Below, in pieces: positions 60,867 to 64,000 of a stretch of 64,000 bases of DNA (position 1 is the stretch's first letter; every line of letters begins with the position of its first letter). This stretch comes from Entomortierella parvispora E1425 (Eukaryota > Fungi > Mortierellomycota): assembly GCA_020891255.1 (NCBI GenBank), contig BQFW01000009.1, positions 248,001 through 312,000 of the forward strand, read 5' to 3'. The position numbers were made by a program, and so were the translations under genes. Under the pieces are notes generated by a model. It had not been told where the DNA came from, searched no databases, and saw nothing but the letters and a program-made list of their open reading frames with translations.

Positions 60867-61694
60867 AAACAGGACGCTAATGGCCTTGTACTAGATCATC
60901 TGATCGTCTTTTAATAAAATGCCCCTACCATCTCATCTACTCATATTTGCTGCAAGATAAGGTCCTCAATTTTCAGTACCCTCGGCGTCGGCTGCCAGCA
61001 GACTGTTACTTAAACTGTACCAGTACCTTGACAAGATTGCTGGCTTAATTGCGACCCCATTCTTTCTGGGGGGCAGCCAAACACGCAACACAGTTTTTAG
61101 CCACCAACCCAAGAGCCACTCAGATTGCGCTTCTGACCACAGATTTTCGCTCAGGAAGCTCAATTTGTAGGCCACGGCATTTACGAGAAGCGAGCACCAA
61201 AATTGCTCGGCAATCTGCTATAGGCATTTGTACTTGGGCCATATTTTGTAGTTTATGAGGTCTTGTTCTCGTTAGGATATCGACCAAAGTTGACGGCCGA
61301 GCTCAATAAGATGGTCGAAGTTGACATTCGTGGGTGGAGAGCGAAAAAGGCCGCTGCCCGCCGCAAGTTCGCGCAACATATTTTTTTTTTCATAAAATGT
61401 AACTTGCGCACGTGCCTGCATCACAAGAAATGTGATGTGATGCATGCACGCATGTCTGTCGGGGATCTTCAATCCTCTTCTTCTCTCTTTCTCTATTTGC
61501 CCCATTCCGGCTTGTCTCACTCATCAAAAGTCTCATGGATTCTCTGCGCACTTGGATTATGCGACCGAGAGCAAATACCGCGGATTCCTCCAGGTCTCTT
61601 GAATGTGTGGATGACCCCAATACACCAGGGCTTGGTAATAAGAGCCGCCTGCTTGCCCTCCAGTTCAGAGTATGTTAAGATCAATAATAACGCG

Positions 61695-64000
61695 ATGTTC
61701 CTCCCAATAGCAGCCGCGCCTATTCGGAAAATGCGCATGTCACAGGATGACTTCATGAGCATCGACCGAAACTGGATATCGTTCTTTATTTTTGGTAAGC
61801 CAGCTGAGAGCACAATTCCCACCAATTTGAATTCAATCAGAACTTTCTTGCAACTATTAACATCCTCGACACTGTACTGTTGGATAGGATGGTAAGATAG
61901 TGGCTCAAGCTTGGTACAGTCGTGGTTGATTCTGACATTTCTAACAGTTTAACTCGCCCATATTCTTGTACAGCATCAACAATCTTATATATGTTGTCAT
62001 TCTATCCGCTGCTGTGGATCTAGTTGGAGCAAAAGTTCCGAAGGGCGTGGTTTTACTCGCGGATATTACTCCCTCGTTAACCATCAAGTTAATTGCCCCC
62101 TATTTCATTCACCGTGTCCCATATACTGCCCGGGTGGTCTTCTGCGCCTCACTCTCCTTTAGCGCGGTAGCGGTAAGTGGAGCGAAATACAACAAATAGG
62201 TAAAATATTATTAATACCATTAGCAATAACTCAGGCTAATCCCAAAGACATCCTAGCTAATCGCCAATGCAGATACAATCTTTATACGACTTGTCGGGGT
62301 AATGATGGCGTCGTTGAGCTCCGGGCTGGGTGAGCTGACATTTTTGATGTTAAGTTCGTTCTATCGGTTGCAGATGGTGTCCGCCTGGTCGAGCGGCACA
62401 GGAGGCGCTGGACTTTTGGGTTCACTCCTTTTCTTGGCATTGACCTCCTGGTTCGGTTTGACAGTTACAAGGACGCTGGCTGTTGTAGCGGTATGATCAA
62501 ATCGGTGCTGGTCCCGATGCTAAGATTGTTGCTCATGTGGTAATGGCGCTAACATAGCAGGTCCGTCTTACATTCTCGCTTTAGATATTTCCGGTGACAA
62601 TGCTAGTGGCGTATTTTTTTATCCTGACAAGTCCTTCGGACATCAGCAGTTTCCGGTCCGCTGGATATGAGCCGGTGGCAACATTCCATAGTCATCAATC
62701 TGGTTCTGCAGGAGGTGATTCAAACTCGCCCAGGAATCGCTCATCTTCTGAGCCAGGACCATCACTGCTTGCAGAAGTACGTCAAAATCACAGTCTCAGT
62801 CAAGAATTGACCCGAAATTGGCAGGATGGATATCAGGGTCCTCAACACTCGGGCGAGTCGGTAACTCACCTTCAGGCGCCTTCAAGCCAGAGTTCGTCGT
62901 CTTCAAACTCAATGACTGCAGTGTCACCGTTGGTTGCCACGGATCAGCTACCTTCGGAAGCTGGACATGCCACTTTGGGACTGCCATCGACAACTCCTTC
63001 GTGGAATACCTCCTCTTGGGATACCCCCTCATGGGATATCGCCACTTGGGAAGTACCACAGCATCACACAGAGCCAACATCAATCAATACCTTACTCGCC
63101 GCCACTGATCCAGACGATCCAGACTTCGTGCCGCCATTTAGAGAGACCGAAGAAGGTGTTGATTCTCGCACGAGGAGAATCTACAGGACTCAGCCGGATG
63201 AGGCTTTATCATTGCGTGAAAAGCTGTTGTTGGCGCGAAGTCTGTTGATTCCGTTTATGGTTCCATTATTTCTCGTTTATTTCGCGTAAGTTAAGAATAT
63301 TTATTTCCAATCCTTCTAATTGCAGTGACATTTGACTAACTCAGACCAACTCCTCTTTGCCAACTAATAGTGAGTACACCATGAATCAAGGAGTATTGCC
63401 AGTTATTCTGTTTCCGATTGAAAAGACTCCATTCCACCATCTTCGCGATGTAAGATCCACCAGAGCTATTTAATTCTTATTGTGGATGAAAGAAAGAGCT
63501 GTTACAACTTTTGAATTGCATTTTAATTGATACACATTGTTTTGGAGACTAGCATTACGTGACTTATGCGGCACTATATCAGGTACATATCCCGATGCTG
63601 TGGCATATTGACTCTAAGTAGTGTAGTCTAAATCCCAAAAACACTATTCCGATTAACACATGGATTAACTTGTAGGTTGGCGTGTTCATTAGTCGGTCAT
63701 CTGCCTCGTACATCCGAATCTCTCGACTTTGGGTCCCATCATTCCTGCAACTGTTGACACTTTTAGTCGCCACTGCTCAGGCATTATTGGTGTCTTCAGA
63801 CACATCCATAGATGCATCTGGCGTAGCGTTTCAAAAGGCACCAGTGCCCCTCCCTTCCATCTATTTCGTCTTTGTCCTCATCCTGTGGGAGGGGTTATTG
63901 GGCGGTACAACCTATGTGCAGACATATATGGGAATATCTCGAGATTATGAGCATGACCCCAAGGGTAAAGAGTTTGCATTGGGTGTTGTAGGTGTGGCAG
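61695..64000 (+). CDS. BTN1: Battenin (Btn1/CLN3) vacuolar membrane protein, 3' partial, at least 8 exons
   Basis: [70 protein letters not shown]. The start codon is uncertain. Confidence 0.9.

Noticed and set aside
60960-61620. Possible small minus-strand gene divergent from BTN1
   Set aside because: Several short overlapping ORFs, but no recognisable product or exon chain could be supported.

Overview
Eukaryotic, intron-rich fungal DNA, most likely Mucoromycota/Mortierellaceae (inferred from intron style and an F-box-like gene type). Host genes, left to right: a partial low-complexity gene, tRNA-Asn(GTT), an Osh6/7-type oxysterol-binding protein, CPA2, a Pirh2/RCHY1 CHY-RING ligase, a PWWP protein, an RRM protein, an F-box-like/LRR protein and a partial BTN1/CLN3. 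Two transposon islands interrupt them. (1) 2.4-6.0 kb: 5'-truncated poly(A) non-LTR retrotransposons stacked head-to-tail at one target about 107 bp upstream of the tRNA, each flanked by a re-duplicated target. This resembles TRE5-type tRNA targeting and is the most novel signal here. (2) 18.9-56.0 kb: a 37-kb nest of Ty3/gypsy elements whose insertion order can be read from intact TSDs. It contains three copies of a short-LTR family sharing one pol frameshift, a conserved -1 frameshift signal with compensatory base changes, and two related 0.5/1-kb TG..CA units seen only as single copies with CpG-centred 4-bp TSDs. The nest appears to sit inside a decayed MULE transposase. Family letters A-H are my own labels. 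All coordinates, exon models and alignments were derived by eye.
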